DNA of 63,980 nt, filler included, from Acidimicrobiia bacterium (GTDB lineage Bacteria > Actinomycetota > Acidimicrobiia > Spongiisociales > SHLN01), in assembly GCA_041619515.1 (NCBI GenBank). It is 3 parts of 3 records of this genome, joined end to end, with 100 filler letters (N's around TTAATTAATTAA, not from the genome) between each part and the next. Parts side by side here need not be neighbours in the genome. Positions count along the whole stretch, not along the records: positions 29,188 to 57,446 come from JBFKDW010000036.1; positions 57,547 to 63,980 come from JBFKDW010000114.1; 1 more part is not named here. One strand, 5' to 3'. Both the position numbers and the translations under genes were made by a program. The notes beneath the pieces are model-generated. The model ran no database searches, was not told the DNA's origin, and was given only the letters and a program-made list of their open reading frames with translations. This document shows positions 56,101 to 63,980 of this stretch, piece by piece (the first letter of the stretch is position 1; every line of letters begins with the position of its first letter).

Positions 56101-56390
56101 GCGCCGCCCCTCCCCGGATCAACCAGCCCCGGACCGAGCCCGGCTTCGACCCGCTGCGGCTGTGCATCTTCACGACCATCAGCGTCATCGCCTGGATCGT
56201 CACCCCGCCTCTGGCGGCCCTCTGGTTCAGTGGCGTCGGCATCTGGGGGTACGGCAAAGCCCGCAGGGCCGGAGTGCTGCGGAGCCGCTGTGTGCTGGGA
56301 GACACCCGCCTCGTGCTCCTCTACCTGGGGGTGGTGTTCGTTGCGGCCGCCTGGTTCACCGTTCGCCAGATCGCCGACTGGCTGGCCTGA
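56097..56390 (+). CDS. Small membrane protein
   Basis: ATGA overlap; DPLRLCIFTT, RSRCVLGDTRL; hydrophobic helices. Confidence 0.72.
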   Translation: MSAAPPRINQPRTEPGFDPLRLCIFTTISVIAWIVTPPLAALWFSGVGIWGYGKARRAGVLRSRCVLGDTRLVLLYLGVVFVAAAWFTVRQIADWLA

Positions 56391-56418
56391 GCCATCACCC
56401 CGGCCCTAGCCTGGCTGT

Positions 56419-56880
56419 GTGACCCAGAGCCTGCAAGATACCTACGGTCCGGACACGATTTGCTTCGGCTGCGGCCCCGCCAACGACAAGGGCCTGCGCA
56501 TCAAGAGCTTCGTCGAAGGCGACGCGGTGGTGGCTCGCTTCGACCCGGCGCCCGAGCATCAAGCCTTCGAGGGCGTGGTCAACGGCGGGATCATCGGGAG
56601 CCTCTTCGATTGCCACATGAACTGGACTGCTGCTCACGGCATCATGAGGGCGAACCAGCTCGATGAGCTTCCCGTCACAGTCACCGCCGATTTCCACGTG
56701 CGATTACGAAGGCCCACCCCGTATCCGGCGACCCTGCACCTGGCGGCACGGGTTGTCTCGGTCGAGGGCAACCGCGCCGAGATCGAGGCCGAGATGACCG
56801 CCGACGGCCAGGTGACCGCCACCTGCACCGCCCGCTTCGTCGCCGTTGAGGAGGGCCACCCCGCCTACCACCGCTGGTAG
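56419..56880 (+). CDS. PaaI/hotdog-fold thioesterase
   Basis: CFGCG..N..GL, HQAF.GVVNGG, VTA...V.L.RPTP, HPAYHRW. Confidence 0.85.
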   Translation: MTQSLQDTYGPDTICFGCGPANDKGLRIKSFVEGDAVVARFDPAPEHQAFEGVVNGGIIGSLFDCHMNWTAAHGIMRANQLDELPVTVTADFHVRLRRPTPYPATLHLAARVVSVEGNRAEIEAEMTADGQVTATCTARFVAVEEGHPAYHRW

Positions 56881-56913
56881 CCATGCCGGTAGCCGGTATG
56901 GCAATCTTGGGCG

Positions 56914-57446
56914 ATGCCATCGCCACGAACATCACGGACCGTCGTCCTGGTGGAGGGACCGAGCGACCAGGCTGCGGTCGCCGAGGTAGCCCGGCGGCTC
57001 GGGTATGACATGGGCGCCGTAGCGATTGCGTCGATGGGAGGGGCGACCAACATCAGGCGTTTCCTGGACGAATCGTTGACGAACAGCGATCGGATAGCCG
57101 GTTTGTGCGACGCAGCGGAAGAGAGGATCTACATGCGTGCCTTCAGGGATGCCGGGCTCGGAGATGTGCGGAATCGAGGAGATCTCGAGCAGCTGGGCTT
57201 CTTTGTCTGTGAGCCCGACCTGGAAGCCGAGCTGATACGAGCGGTGGGAGTAGAGGGTGTTCTTGCGATCGTCGCCGACGAGCGAGACGACCTACGCCGC
57301 TTCCGCTCGCTGCAGGGCCAGCCGGAGTGGCGTGACAGGCACGTCTCGGAGCAGCTGCGCCGGTGGTTTGGCAGCGGAGGCAGTCGCAAGGTCCGGTATG
57401 CGGCCCTGCTCGCTGGAGAACTGGACGAAGCGAGGGCGCCGAGGCC
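56914..57446 (+). CDS. Stand-alone OLD-type TOPRIM domain protein (3'-truncated by contig end)
   Basis: VVLVEGPSD, MGGATN, GLCD, DLEAEL. Confidence 0.75.
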
Positions 57447-57546
57447 NNNNNNNNNNNNNNNNNNNNNNNNNNNNNNNNNNNNNNNNNNNNTTAATTAATT
57501 AANNNNNNNNNNNNNNNNNNNNNNNNNNNNNNNNNNNNNNNNNNNN
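57447..57546. other. Artificial contig-joining spacer
   Basis: 100 nt of N flanking TTAATTAATTAA. Confidence 0.97.
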
Positions 57547-57623
57547 AGGAAGGCGTATTCGACGAGGCTGGCGCCCGTCTCGGAGTCCCACCAGTTCTGG
57601 AAGCGGACCCACTGAGTCACCAT
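57547..57623 (-). CDS. Flp (type IVb/Tad) pilin, N-terminal fragment, absent from the ORF track
   Basis: MVTQWVRFQNWWDSETG|ASLVEYAF(L): Flp prepilin G|xxxxEY motif; GGGAGG RBS; cut by the gap. Confidence 0.8.
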
Positions 57624-57796
57624 ATGGCTACCTCCCGGTGTACAACCTCCATGATCGGCCGCAATCGGCAAATTGGCTATAGGTCTGACGTCCTAGAAGT
57701 ATCCACCGGGGAACATCGCCACGTGGCGGGTGGGCCCTACCGGCGGAACCCGCTCTGTCGGGATACCATCAGCCGCCACACTCACCCAGGAGAGCC

Positions 57797-58603
57797 GTGC
57801 AACGATCCAAACCGGCGCCGGGCGTCCCCGCCCCGAACCTTGTCTACCGCTTCGCAGCCTGGATCGGTGTCACCGTCATGCGGATGCAACGGTGGCGGTT
57901 CGACATGGAGGGCCTCGAGCATGTGCCCGGCCGCGGCGGGTGTGTCATCGCCGCCAACCACACGTCGTTCTGGGACTTCTTTGCCGTAGCGCGGTTCCCG
58001 TATCTCAGGCTCGGCAGGCCGGTGCGCATCCTCGCCAAGGAATCACTGTTTCGGGTTCCCGTCTTCGGCCCGCTCATCAGGGGCACCGGGTGCATTCCCG
58101 TCGACCGTGGCAACGGCCGGGATGCGCTGGTCCACGCCGTCACATCCCTGCACGCCGGAGAGGTGGTTCTGGTCCTGCCCGAACAAACCATCTCCCGGTC
58201 GTTCGATCTCCTGCCATTCAAGACGGGAGCCGTCCGGATGGCCCGCGCTGCCGGGGTGCCGCTGGTGCCTGCCGTGTCGTGGGGCTCCCACAGGTTCTTC
58301 ACAACCGGTCGCCTGCCACGCTGGCGCTGGCGGTTGCCAGTGACGGTTCGCTTCGGTGAGCCGCTCCACGTTGGGCCCGACGATGACGTTGATGTCGTCA
58401 ACAAGGAGTTGCGAGCACGGATGCAGGCGCTGCTCGACGCCAGCATCGAGTCGTACCCGGACGGAACACCGGCCGGGGAGTGGTGGGTACCGCATCGGCT
58501 CGGCGGTGGAGCACCCGAACACGGGGGAGTGGCGCGCGCTCACTCGGCCGGCACGACGCGATGGCGGAGGTGGAGGCGCACCGACGACAAGTTCCGGCCC
58601 TGA
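57797..58603 (+). CDS. Lysophospholipid acyltransferase (PlsC family)
   Basis: NHTSFWD (HX4D), LAKESLF, PVDR, LPEQT, FKTGA; AGGAG RBS. Confidence 0.88.
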   Translation: MQRSKPAPGVPAPNLVYRFAAWIGVTVMRMQRWRFDMEGLEHVPGRGGCVIAANHTSFWDFFAVARFPYLRLGRPVRILAKESLFRVPVFGPLIRGTGCIPVDRGNGRDALVHAVTSLHAGEVVLVLPEQTISRSFDLLPFKTGAVRMARAAGVPLVPAVSWGSHRFFTTGRLPRWRWRLPVTVRFGEPLHVGPDDDVDVVNKELRARMQALLDASIESYPDGTPAGEWWVPHRLGGGAPEHGGVARAHSAGTTRWRRWRRTDDKFRP

Positions 58604-58662
58604 AGACAGGCGGCTCAGCCGCCGGCCGGGACAGGGTCGGGGCGGCGCGCACTCACAAGGGG

Positions 58663-58992
58663 CTACTTCTTCGGGAGGCTCTCGGCGAAGGCGACGCCCC
58701 GGTCGATCCAACCGTTGAATGCGGCCTCGTCCGTGAATCCCTCGGCGGCAACTGCCACCCAGCCCCGCATCGGCCGGGCCGACATGTCGAACGTGCGGGC
58801 TCCCGGCAGGGCCACCGCCTCGTCATGGGCATCTTTGCCGACCCGAACCATCAGCTCGTCGCCCGACACTCCAACCGCCATGTTGCCGTTGATCATGAAC
58901 GCGATGCCGCCGAACATCTCCCGTTCGGTCACGCCCGGATGACCGCCGATCCTCGCGCGAATGTCATCGGCAACCGCCATGTTGTATGCCAT
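58663..58992 (-). CDS. TfoX/Sxy N-terminal domain protein
   Basis: MAY, EREMFGG.AFM.NGNM, LMVRV, RPMRGWV, F..SLP.K. Confidence 0.88.
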   Translation of the reverse strand: MAYNMAVADDIRARIGGHPGVTEREMFGGIAFMINGNMAVGVSGDELMVRVGKDAHDEAVALPGARTFDMSARPMRGWVAVAAEGFTDEAAFNGWIDRGVAFAESLPKK

Positions 58993-59066
58993 GGCAGAAA
59001 GCTAGCGGCCCTGCCGGGACTCAGCGTCGGGATGACGGGCCCGTTGACGCTCGCCTATCGCGCAGA

Positions 59067-60755
59067 TCATTCGTCGTTACGGCGACGCTCTACCAGGGCC
59101 AGGATCTCGGCTTCGCGGGCGATCGCCTCGTCGTGTAGCCGGCGTCCACGGCTCACGAGCTCGGCCGCCGCCTGATCGTCGGTGAGGCTCCGGGCGTTGA
59201 CTTGCACGTTGAGATACGCCCCGATGACGGCCGAGCGGGCACAGAGCGCTCCGACGCCGGCGTCGGAGACCGACGGGGGGATCCCGGTCTTGGCCATGGC
59301 CTCGATCACATCCATCGAGGCGAGGGCGACTTCCATCACCCGGAGCGGTACTTCGATTGCCCGGCGGGTCGCGGCCTCAATCGCCTCGTCTCGCGCCGCC
59401 GTTTCAGTTTCGGTGCCGGCGGGCATCCTGTGAGCAGCCATGATCTCCGTGAAGGCTTCGGTGTCATCGTCGATCAGGGTGATGAGCTCGTCGTGGCAGG
59501 CTTTGCCCCTGTCGGCCCAGTTCGAGAACTCTTCCCAACGGTCGTCCCAGCCCCGTTTGTGTGAAGACAGATTGGCGACCATGGTCCCGAGCGCGGCGCC
59601 GAGGGCTCCGATGGTGGCTGCCGCCGAGCCGCCTCCGGGTGCCACCGACTCGGAGGCCGTCTCTTCTATGAAACGCTGCACCGGCATGTCGACGAGCCGG
59701 GTCTTCCCGGCTTGGAGGGCGTATTCGATGATCTTCGAGTCCTGGTCGAACGGAGTGAGATCGTCGAGGCCGAGCGACTTGACGGCAATCTTGATGAGCT
59801 CGCTATCGGAGACCCCCGTCGAGCGATGCTGCTTGCGCAGGTAGTGCCGTCCGGCGCCGAGGATGGCGCCGAGCGGTATGAGCCCGACCAGTTCGGAGCC
59901 GGTGACCCGGACGCCTCTTGCCTCCGCCCGCCGGCAGACCTCGTCGAAGGCGGTATGCACCGGTGTCGCATCGATGTCGGTCAGATTCATCGAGATCTGG
60001 GCGACGCCGTACTCCTCGATGAACCAGCCGATCGCCTTCACCTTCTCGAGCGATCCCGGGATCCACACCTCCTCGCCGTCCGCGTCACGCTCGATCTCGC
60101 CGGTGAGGGGATGCCCGATGCGCTTGGGTCGGCCGCGTTCGCGGACGTCAAAGGCAATGGCGTTCGCCAATCTGGTCGACGTCGTGTTGAGGTTCACGTT
60201 GTAGGCAACGAGGAAGCCGCGGGCCCCGACTGCGGTCGCCCCGGATCTGGCATTGAAAGCGGATGGGCCGAAGTCGGGCTTCCAACGAGGATCTTCGAGC
60301 CGGGTCGCCAGGCCCTCGTATTCGCCGGACCGCACGGCAGCCAGGTTGCGCCGTTCCGGGACCAGCGCCGCGTTCTCGTAGCAGTAGATGGCGAGCCCCA
60401 GCTCGTCGCCGAGACGGCGCGCCAGCCGGTGGGCATGATCGACGGTCTCCTCCATGGTCACGCCGGAGACCGGGACGAGTGGGCACACATCCGTCGCCCC
60501 GAATCGCGGATGTTCGCCGGTGTGCTGCCGCATGTCGATGAGGTCGGTGGCCCGGGCAATCGACCGGAACGCCGCCTCCACGACCTGCTCGGGCGACCCG
60601 ACGAAGGTGACGACCGTCCGATTCGTTGCATGCCCCGGGTCGACGTCGAGCAGTGTGACGCCCTCCACCGTCTCTACCTGGCTGGCGATGTCTTCGATAA
60701 CCGTCCGGTTGCGGCCCTCGCTGAAGTTGGGGACGCACTCGATCAGTTTCCGCAT
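59067..60755 (-). CDS. ftcD: Bifunctional glutamate formimidoyltransferase/formiminotetrahydrofolate cyclodeaminase
   Basis: ECVPNFSEGR, NRTV.T, HPRFGA.DVCP, AYNVNL, Q.SMNL, PGGGS cyclodeaminase domain. Confidence 0.93.
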   Translation of the reverse strand: MRKLIECVPNFSEGRNRTVIEDIASQVETVEGVTLLDVDPGHATNRTVVTFVGSPEQVVEAAFRSIARATDLIDMRQHTGEHPRFGATDVCPLVPVSGVTMEETVDHAHRLARRLGDELGLAIYCYENAALVPERRNLAAVRSGEYEGLATRLEDPRWKPDFGPSAFNARSGATAVGARGFLVAYNVNLNTTSTRLANAIAFDVRERGRPKRIGHPLTGEIERDADGEEVWIPGSLEKVKAIGWFIEEYGVAQISMNLTDIDATPVHTAFDEVCRRAEARGVRVTGSELVGLIPLGAILGAGRHYLRKQHRSTGVSDSELIKIAVKSLGLDDLTPFDQDSKIIEYALQAGKTRLVDMPVQRFIEETASESVAPGGGSAAATIGALGAALGTMVANLSSHKRGWDDRWEEFSNWADRGKACHDELITLIDDDTEAFTEIMAAHRMPAGTETETAARDEAIEAATRRAIEVPLRVMEVALASMDVIEAMAKTGIPPSVSDAGVGALCARSAVIGAYLNVQVNARSLTDDQAAAELVSRGRRLHDEAIAREAEILALVERRRNDE

Positions 60756-60833
60756 CGGAGTCCTTTCGCGCTACCGGCACACTAGGGAAGGCTCGAACTC
60801 CCGGCGGGGATTCGAACCGGAAGCCCCGATGAG

Positions 60834-61127
60834 CTACATGTCGACCAGGATCTCGTTGACTTCAACGGTCGGTGGGGAGCGAAAATAGGGGGCGAACTCG
60901 GCCATCGCCTGTTTGAACTTGTCTGTGGCCGCCAGGGCCTCGTAGGAGTCTGGGTTCTTCCACCGGGCGACGACCGTCACGGTGTCGTCATTGCGATTGG
61001 CGGTGAAGATGGCGCTCACCCAATCCTTCTGGTCGGCGACCAGCCCGGGGTTGGTGCGACGAAAGATCTCTCGTACGTCATCGATGCGGCCCGGTGTGAG
61101 GCGAGCGTGGGTGATTACGGCGTGCAT
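60834..61127 (-). CDS. Antibiotic biosynthesis monooxygenase (ABM)-like dimeric alpha/beta barrel protein
   Basis: PG, V.VVARW...DSY, F..AM..F; AGGAGG RBS. Confidence 0.7.
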   Translation of the reverse strand: MHAVITHARLTPGRIDDVREIFRRTNPGLVADQKDWVSAIFTANRNDDTVTVVARWKNPDSYEALAATDKFKQAMAEFAPYFRSPPTVEVNEILVDM

Positions 61128-61209
61128 TGAGCCCTCCTAGAGGTTCCCCGGGTGGGGCATCGCCAAGTCTGGCACTCCCGGCCGCGCATTGTGGGCGATT
61201 GCACGGTTT

Positions 61210-62028
61210 CTACCCGGTGGGAGACGGGGGTGGCGGGTTGAGGGAGTCGGAGGAGAAGTCGATTGGGTCATCCGGCGCCACCGAGGATGCCTCGAGATCG
61301 GGCGAGGCGAGGATGGCAGCGACGGTGGCGTCTGATCCACCGACGTAGGTCGAGTTGAGGTCGATCTCGGTGGCCACGAACCAGGCCCGGTCATCCGGCC
61401 ACCACAACGAGGCCGACTGATACCGGTGATGGGACTCGGCGCTCGGTGGAGCGGCCGTCACCGGGTGGCGTCGGCGAAAGGGATGGAAGCGGCGTCGATA
61501 CAGGCCGGCCGTCCCGCCACCCGTCCCGCCGGCGACGCTGTCTTCGATCGCCTCGACCGGGCCGCGCAGCAGGAAGTACTCCCGGGCGGGCAGCGTGAAT
61601 CGGGGAGCCGAGTCGGGGAACCGCCCGTCGCCCCAGCCGACCCAGGCGCCGAACCAGCAGTCATCGGGAGTCGTCGTGTGGTGGCGGAGGATGGGCACGA
61701 GAGGAACCCGGACTTGCCGCGGGAGGTTGCCCTCGTCTGGGGCGCGGTCCCAGATTGCAGGACTGCGGGGGCCGGCGTATTCCCATTGATGGATTCCGGA
61801 GAGGTTTCCGAATTGCGCCGTCGCATGCATGGTCGTGCCGGTGGAATCGGCCACCTCGCGCCAGGCGACCGGTTCCTCCCCCAGGAAAGCGGGGTGGAAG
61901 ACGCGGGCATAGGCGTCGAAGATCTCGGGGATGAGTGACCGGACACCCTCGGCGAAGGTGACCAGGTGATCCCGTAGCCAGCGTGCAGGCGAGAGGTCGG
62001 TCTGGAGCTCGAAGTGGTGGTTCGCCAT
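61210..62028 (-). CDS. Conserved actinobacterial hypothetical protein
   Basis: F.AYARVFHP, CWFG.W.GWG, P.REY.L, LWWP.DRAWFVATEID..STYVGG. Confidence 0.72.
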   Translation of the reverse strand: MANHHFELQTDLSPARWLRDHLVTFAEGVRSLIPEIFDAYARVFHPAFLGEEPVAWREVADSTGTTMHATAQFGNLSGIHQWEYAGPRSPAIWDRAPDEGNLPRQVRVPLVPILRHHTTTPDDCWFGAWVGWGDGRFPDSAPRFTLPAREYFLLRGPVEAIEDSVAGGTGGGTAGLYRRRFHPFRRRHPVTAAPPSAESHHRYQSASLWWPDDRAWFVATEIDLNSTYVGGSDATVAAILASPDLEASSVAPDDPIDFSSDSLNPPPPSPTG

Positions 62029-62141
62029 GCCGACAAGTATGCCGGGTGCCGGATATGCCGGGAGGCCGCCGGATCCGAGCCTGCTCCAGCGTCGGCTTGG
62101 GCGGGCGTGCGGTATGCGGGTGTGGGACCCGGCGACTGGAG

Positions 62142-62180
62142 ACATATGTGGTTGACATATATGTGTTTAACAGGTATATT
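62142..62180 (+). promoter_or_regulatory. Sigma-70 promoter with palindromic operators upstream of padR
   Basis: TTGACA (62152-62157), 17 bp, TATATT (62175-62180); palindromes ACATATGT (62142-62149) and ACATATATGT (62155-62164). Confidence 0.78.
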
Positions 62181-62187
62181 CTCGGCC

Positions 62188-62610
62188 ATGCCAGGAGGGC
62201 ACCACCCGGGCCGCCGCCGTCACGGCGGCCGGCGATCCCGCAATCGGCGTGAGATCGCGCCGGGGGAGTGGGAGGTGACGGCGCGGGTCGAGCGATTCGT
62301 CGAGCCGGCGCTGTTGCTCGCACTGCAGGCCGGCCGATCACACGGCTACGAATTGGCGGAGCGGCTCGCCGACGTCGTCGGTGTTGAATCCGTCGACTAC
62401 GGCAACCTCTACCGACTGCTTCGCTCGCTCGAGCAGGAAGGCATCGTCTCCTCCGAGTGGGACGATGAGTCCGAGGGCCATGCCAAACGTCAGTACCAGC
62501 TCACCGAGAACGGGGAGCTGCTGCTCGAGGCGTGGGTCGACAGCCTCCGGCATATGGACACACGACTCGCCGCATTCCTGCGGCGCTATGACGAAAGGAA
62601 CCCAGCGTGA
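62188..62610 (+). CDS. PadR family transcriptional regulator
   Basis: ALLL.L...SHGYEL, GNLYRLLR.LE..G.V.S.W, KR.Y.LT..G. Confidence 0.88.
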   Translation: MPGGHHPGRRRHGGRRSRNRREIAPGEWEVTARVERFVEPALLLALQAGRSHGYELAERLADVVGVESVDYGNLYRLLRSLEQEGIVSSEWDDESEGHAKRQYQLTENGELLLEAWVDSLRHMDTRLAAFLRRYDERNPA

Positions 62611-62843
62611 GAAGAGGTTATGGAATCAGTGGCCGGCGCATGATGGCCCGCCGCATGATGATGCGCCGGGCAATGGCCGGGTACGGCTGCCACGGCTACC
62701 ACGAGGAACCGTCCATCGAGGACGAGGTCGCCTTCCTGGAGGAGTACCAGAGGGACCTGGAACAGGAAACGGCAGACGTTGCCGAACGCATCCGCCGCCT
62801 CAAGGAGACCCAGCACACGAGCGAAGACACCGTAGAGGTCTAG
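62607..62843 (+). CDS. Small Arg/Met-rich protein with C-terminal coiled coil (DUF5320-like)
   Basis: GTGA overlap with padR; GAAAGGAA RBS; E..FLEEYQRDLEQ...V..RI..LK. Confidence 0.7.
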   Translation: MRRGYGISGRRMMARRMMMRRAMAGYGCHGYHEEPSIEDEVAFLEEYQRDLEQETADVAERIRRLKETQHTSEDTVEV

Positions 62844-62888
62844 CCAGCCCCATCGCCCGGTCTGACGGCTCGCTCACGCCTGTGCCGG

Positions 62889-63980
62889 CTAGTAGCTCCA
62901 GCTGTCGACGAGGTTCCCCTCAGGGTCGAGCAGGAAGGCGGTGTCTCCTGTGTTGTTCCAAACCGCCGTCCCAGGGTTGCACCAGTACAGGTGATTTTCG
63001 GTGTTGGTTCCGCAGCCGGTGAACACCTGCACCACAGCTGATGCGGCCAGGGTGAATCCGTCCGGAAAGGAATACCGGTGTGAGGCGGATTCGTCTTTTA
63101 AGACCCATCCGGTCATGACGGTCGATGCTGTTCCGCTGTTGCGGATGGTGACCCATTCACCGTTCTTGTTCTCGTTGTCGTTGCCGGGGGCGTCGTAGTT
63201 GACCTCGACGATCACCAAATCGCCCGCTGACCCGCTCCCGCAGCCGTTGGTGGCCCACAGCCCGAGCCCCGAGGCTTGCGCGTGGTCTTGCGCGGCCTCC
63301 AGCTGTGCGGCGTAATGGGTATCGGGTGGGTATTCCAGCGCCAGGGCGTAACCCTCAGCGACCAGGGTCTCATTGACGAACATGTCACCGAGGTGGAGGT
63401 ACCGAAGGAAGCGCCCGTACTGATCCGTTTCGCTCACATCCTGCTCCAAGACCACCGACTCGCCCATCACCAATGCTGTTAGGTGATTGGTCGCCTCCTG
63501 TGCCATGCATTCGCCGGCTTCGGGAGCGTTGATCCCAACCAAACGCACCTGATGCGATGAACCGTCGGCGAAGCGGACGGTAACCGTGTCTCCGTCTGTG
63601 ACTCCGGTGACCGTTGCGGATGTCATGGTGCCGGTCGGGAGGCTTTCGCAGGGTTCACCGTCGGCATCGCCGTCGAGGTTGGCGACGTCCCCGTACCAGT
63701 GGAAGTAGTAGTCGAACCACGCCTGCGCCTGGGGTCGCGTCTCGAAGTCCGAGCAGTTCACCGTGTCCCCGGGGTTCTGTGGCACGAGGTCACCAGCCGC
63801 TGGCAACCACGTGCTCTGTCCGAACGCGATGATCACGTCGGCGTCCCCAAGCACGTTCTCGTACGACAGATAGAACTTCTGATCACTCGGCCGGTAAATG
63901 CCGACACTGTCATCTCCGTCGAGATCCCAGTCATCAGCAATGATGCGGTCCGACGGGATCCCATAGAAGAATTGGTTGTC
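62889..63980 (-). CDS. Surface nuclease: GDW-repeat region, Excalibur Ca-binding motif, thermonuclease (SNase) and lamin-tail domain; 5'-truncated
   Basis: DDWDLDGDDSVGIYRPS; NCSDF...LDGDADGEPCE; DGDT, RLVGINAPE, DQYGR.L.Y; EWVTIRN...WNNTGD. The frame is open to the window end. Confidence 0.85.
   Translation of the reverse strand, partial: DNQFFYGIPSDRIIADDWDLDGDDSVGIYRPSDQKFYLSYENVLGDADVIIAFGQSTWLPAAGDLVPQNPGDTVNCSDFETRPQAQAWFDYYFHWYGDVANLDGDADGEPCESLPTGTMTSATVTGVTDGDTVTVRFADGSSHQVRLVGINAPEAGECMAQEATNHLTALVMGESVVLEQDVSETDQYGRFLRYLHLGDMFVNETLVAEGYALALEYPPDTHYAAQLEAAQDHAQASGLGLWATNGCGSGSAGDLVIVEVNYDAPGNDNENKNGEWVTIRNSGTASTVMTGWVLKDESASHRYSFPDGFTLAASAVVQVFTGCGTNTENHLYWCNPGTAVWNNTGDTAFLLDPEGNLVDSWSY

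Noticed and set aside
56419..56880. Thioesterase as a definite member of the Lgt/radical SAM operon
   Set aside because: It is separated by 28 nt and has its own leaderless-type -10 (TAGCCT); a link is plausible but unsupported without synteny data.
60790..60828. tRNA-like GGTTCGAATCCCCGCCGGGAG on the minus strand (tRNA remnant or att site)
   Set aside because: The T-stem does not pair fully, there is no D or anticodon arm and no integrase nearby; it folds as a simple hairpin after the ABM gene.

Overview
High-GC bacterial DNA, most consistent with an Actinomycetota genome and probably an Acidimicrobiia-like MAG. That placement is inferred from the crgA-sortase-pabA-pknB-pbpA-rodA-pstP-fhaB-fhaA-tRNA-Leu(CAG) block, UPF0182, an MDMPI-family enzyme and Thr-rich lipoprotein linkers. 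The window is three unrelated contigs joined by artificial 100-nt N/TTAATTAATTAA spacers (29088-29187, 57447-57546), so adjacency across these points means nothing. Contig 1 holds secreted/surface proteins, NfuA, a FadJ-type beta-oxidation enzyme, a large NAD-glutamate dehydrogenase, a Liv-type ABC operon, a GH1 glucosidase, a HisA-like paralog and AceK. Contig 2 holds the cell-division/kinase cluster with a DnaA-box triplet, serS followed by REP-like repeats, an LprG/P55-like pair, a SoxR-driven split transketolase, a DRG-like GTPase, and an operon joining a non-canonical Lgt to a tetraether-synthase (Tes/GDGT-MAS)-like radical SAM enzyme and two small membrane proteins. That operon is the best candidate for an undescribed lipid-modifying system. 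Contig 3 holds an Flp pilin fragment, PlsC, TfoX, FTCD, a PadR unit and a surface nuclease. No CRISPR array, transposase or prophage was seen. All family calls come from motif recognition by eye; no database searches were run.
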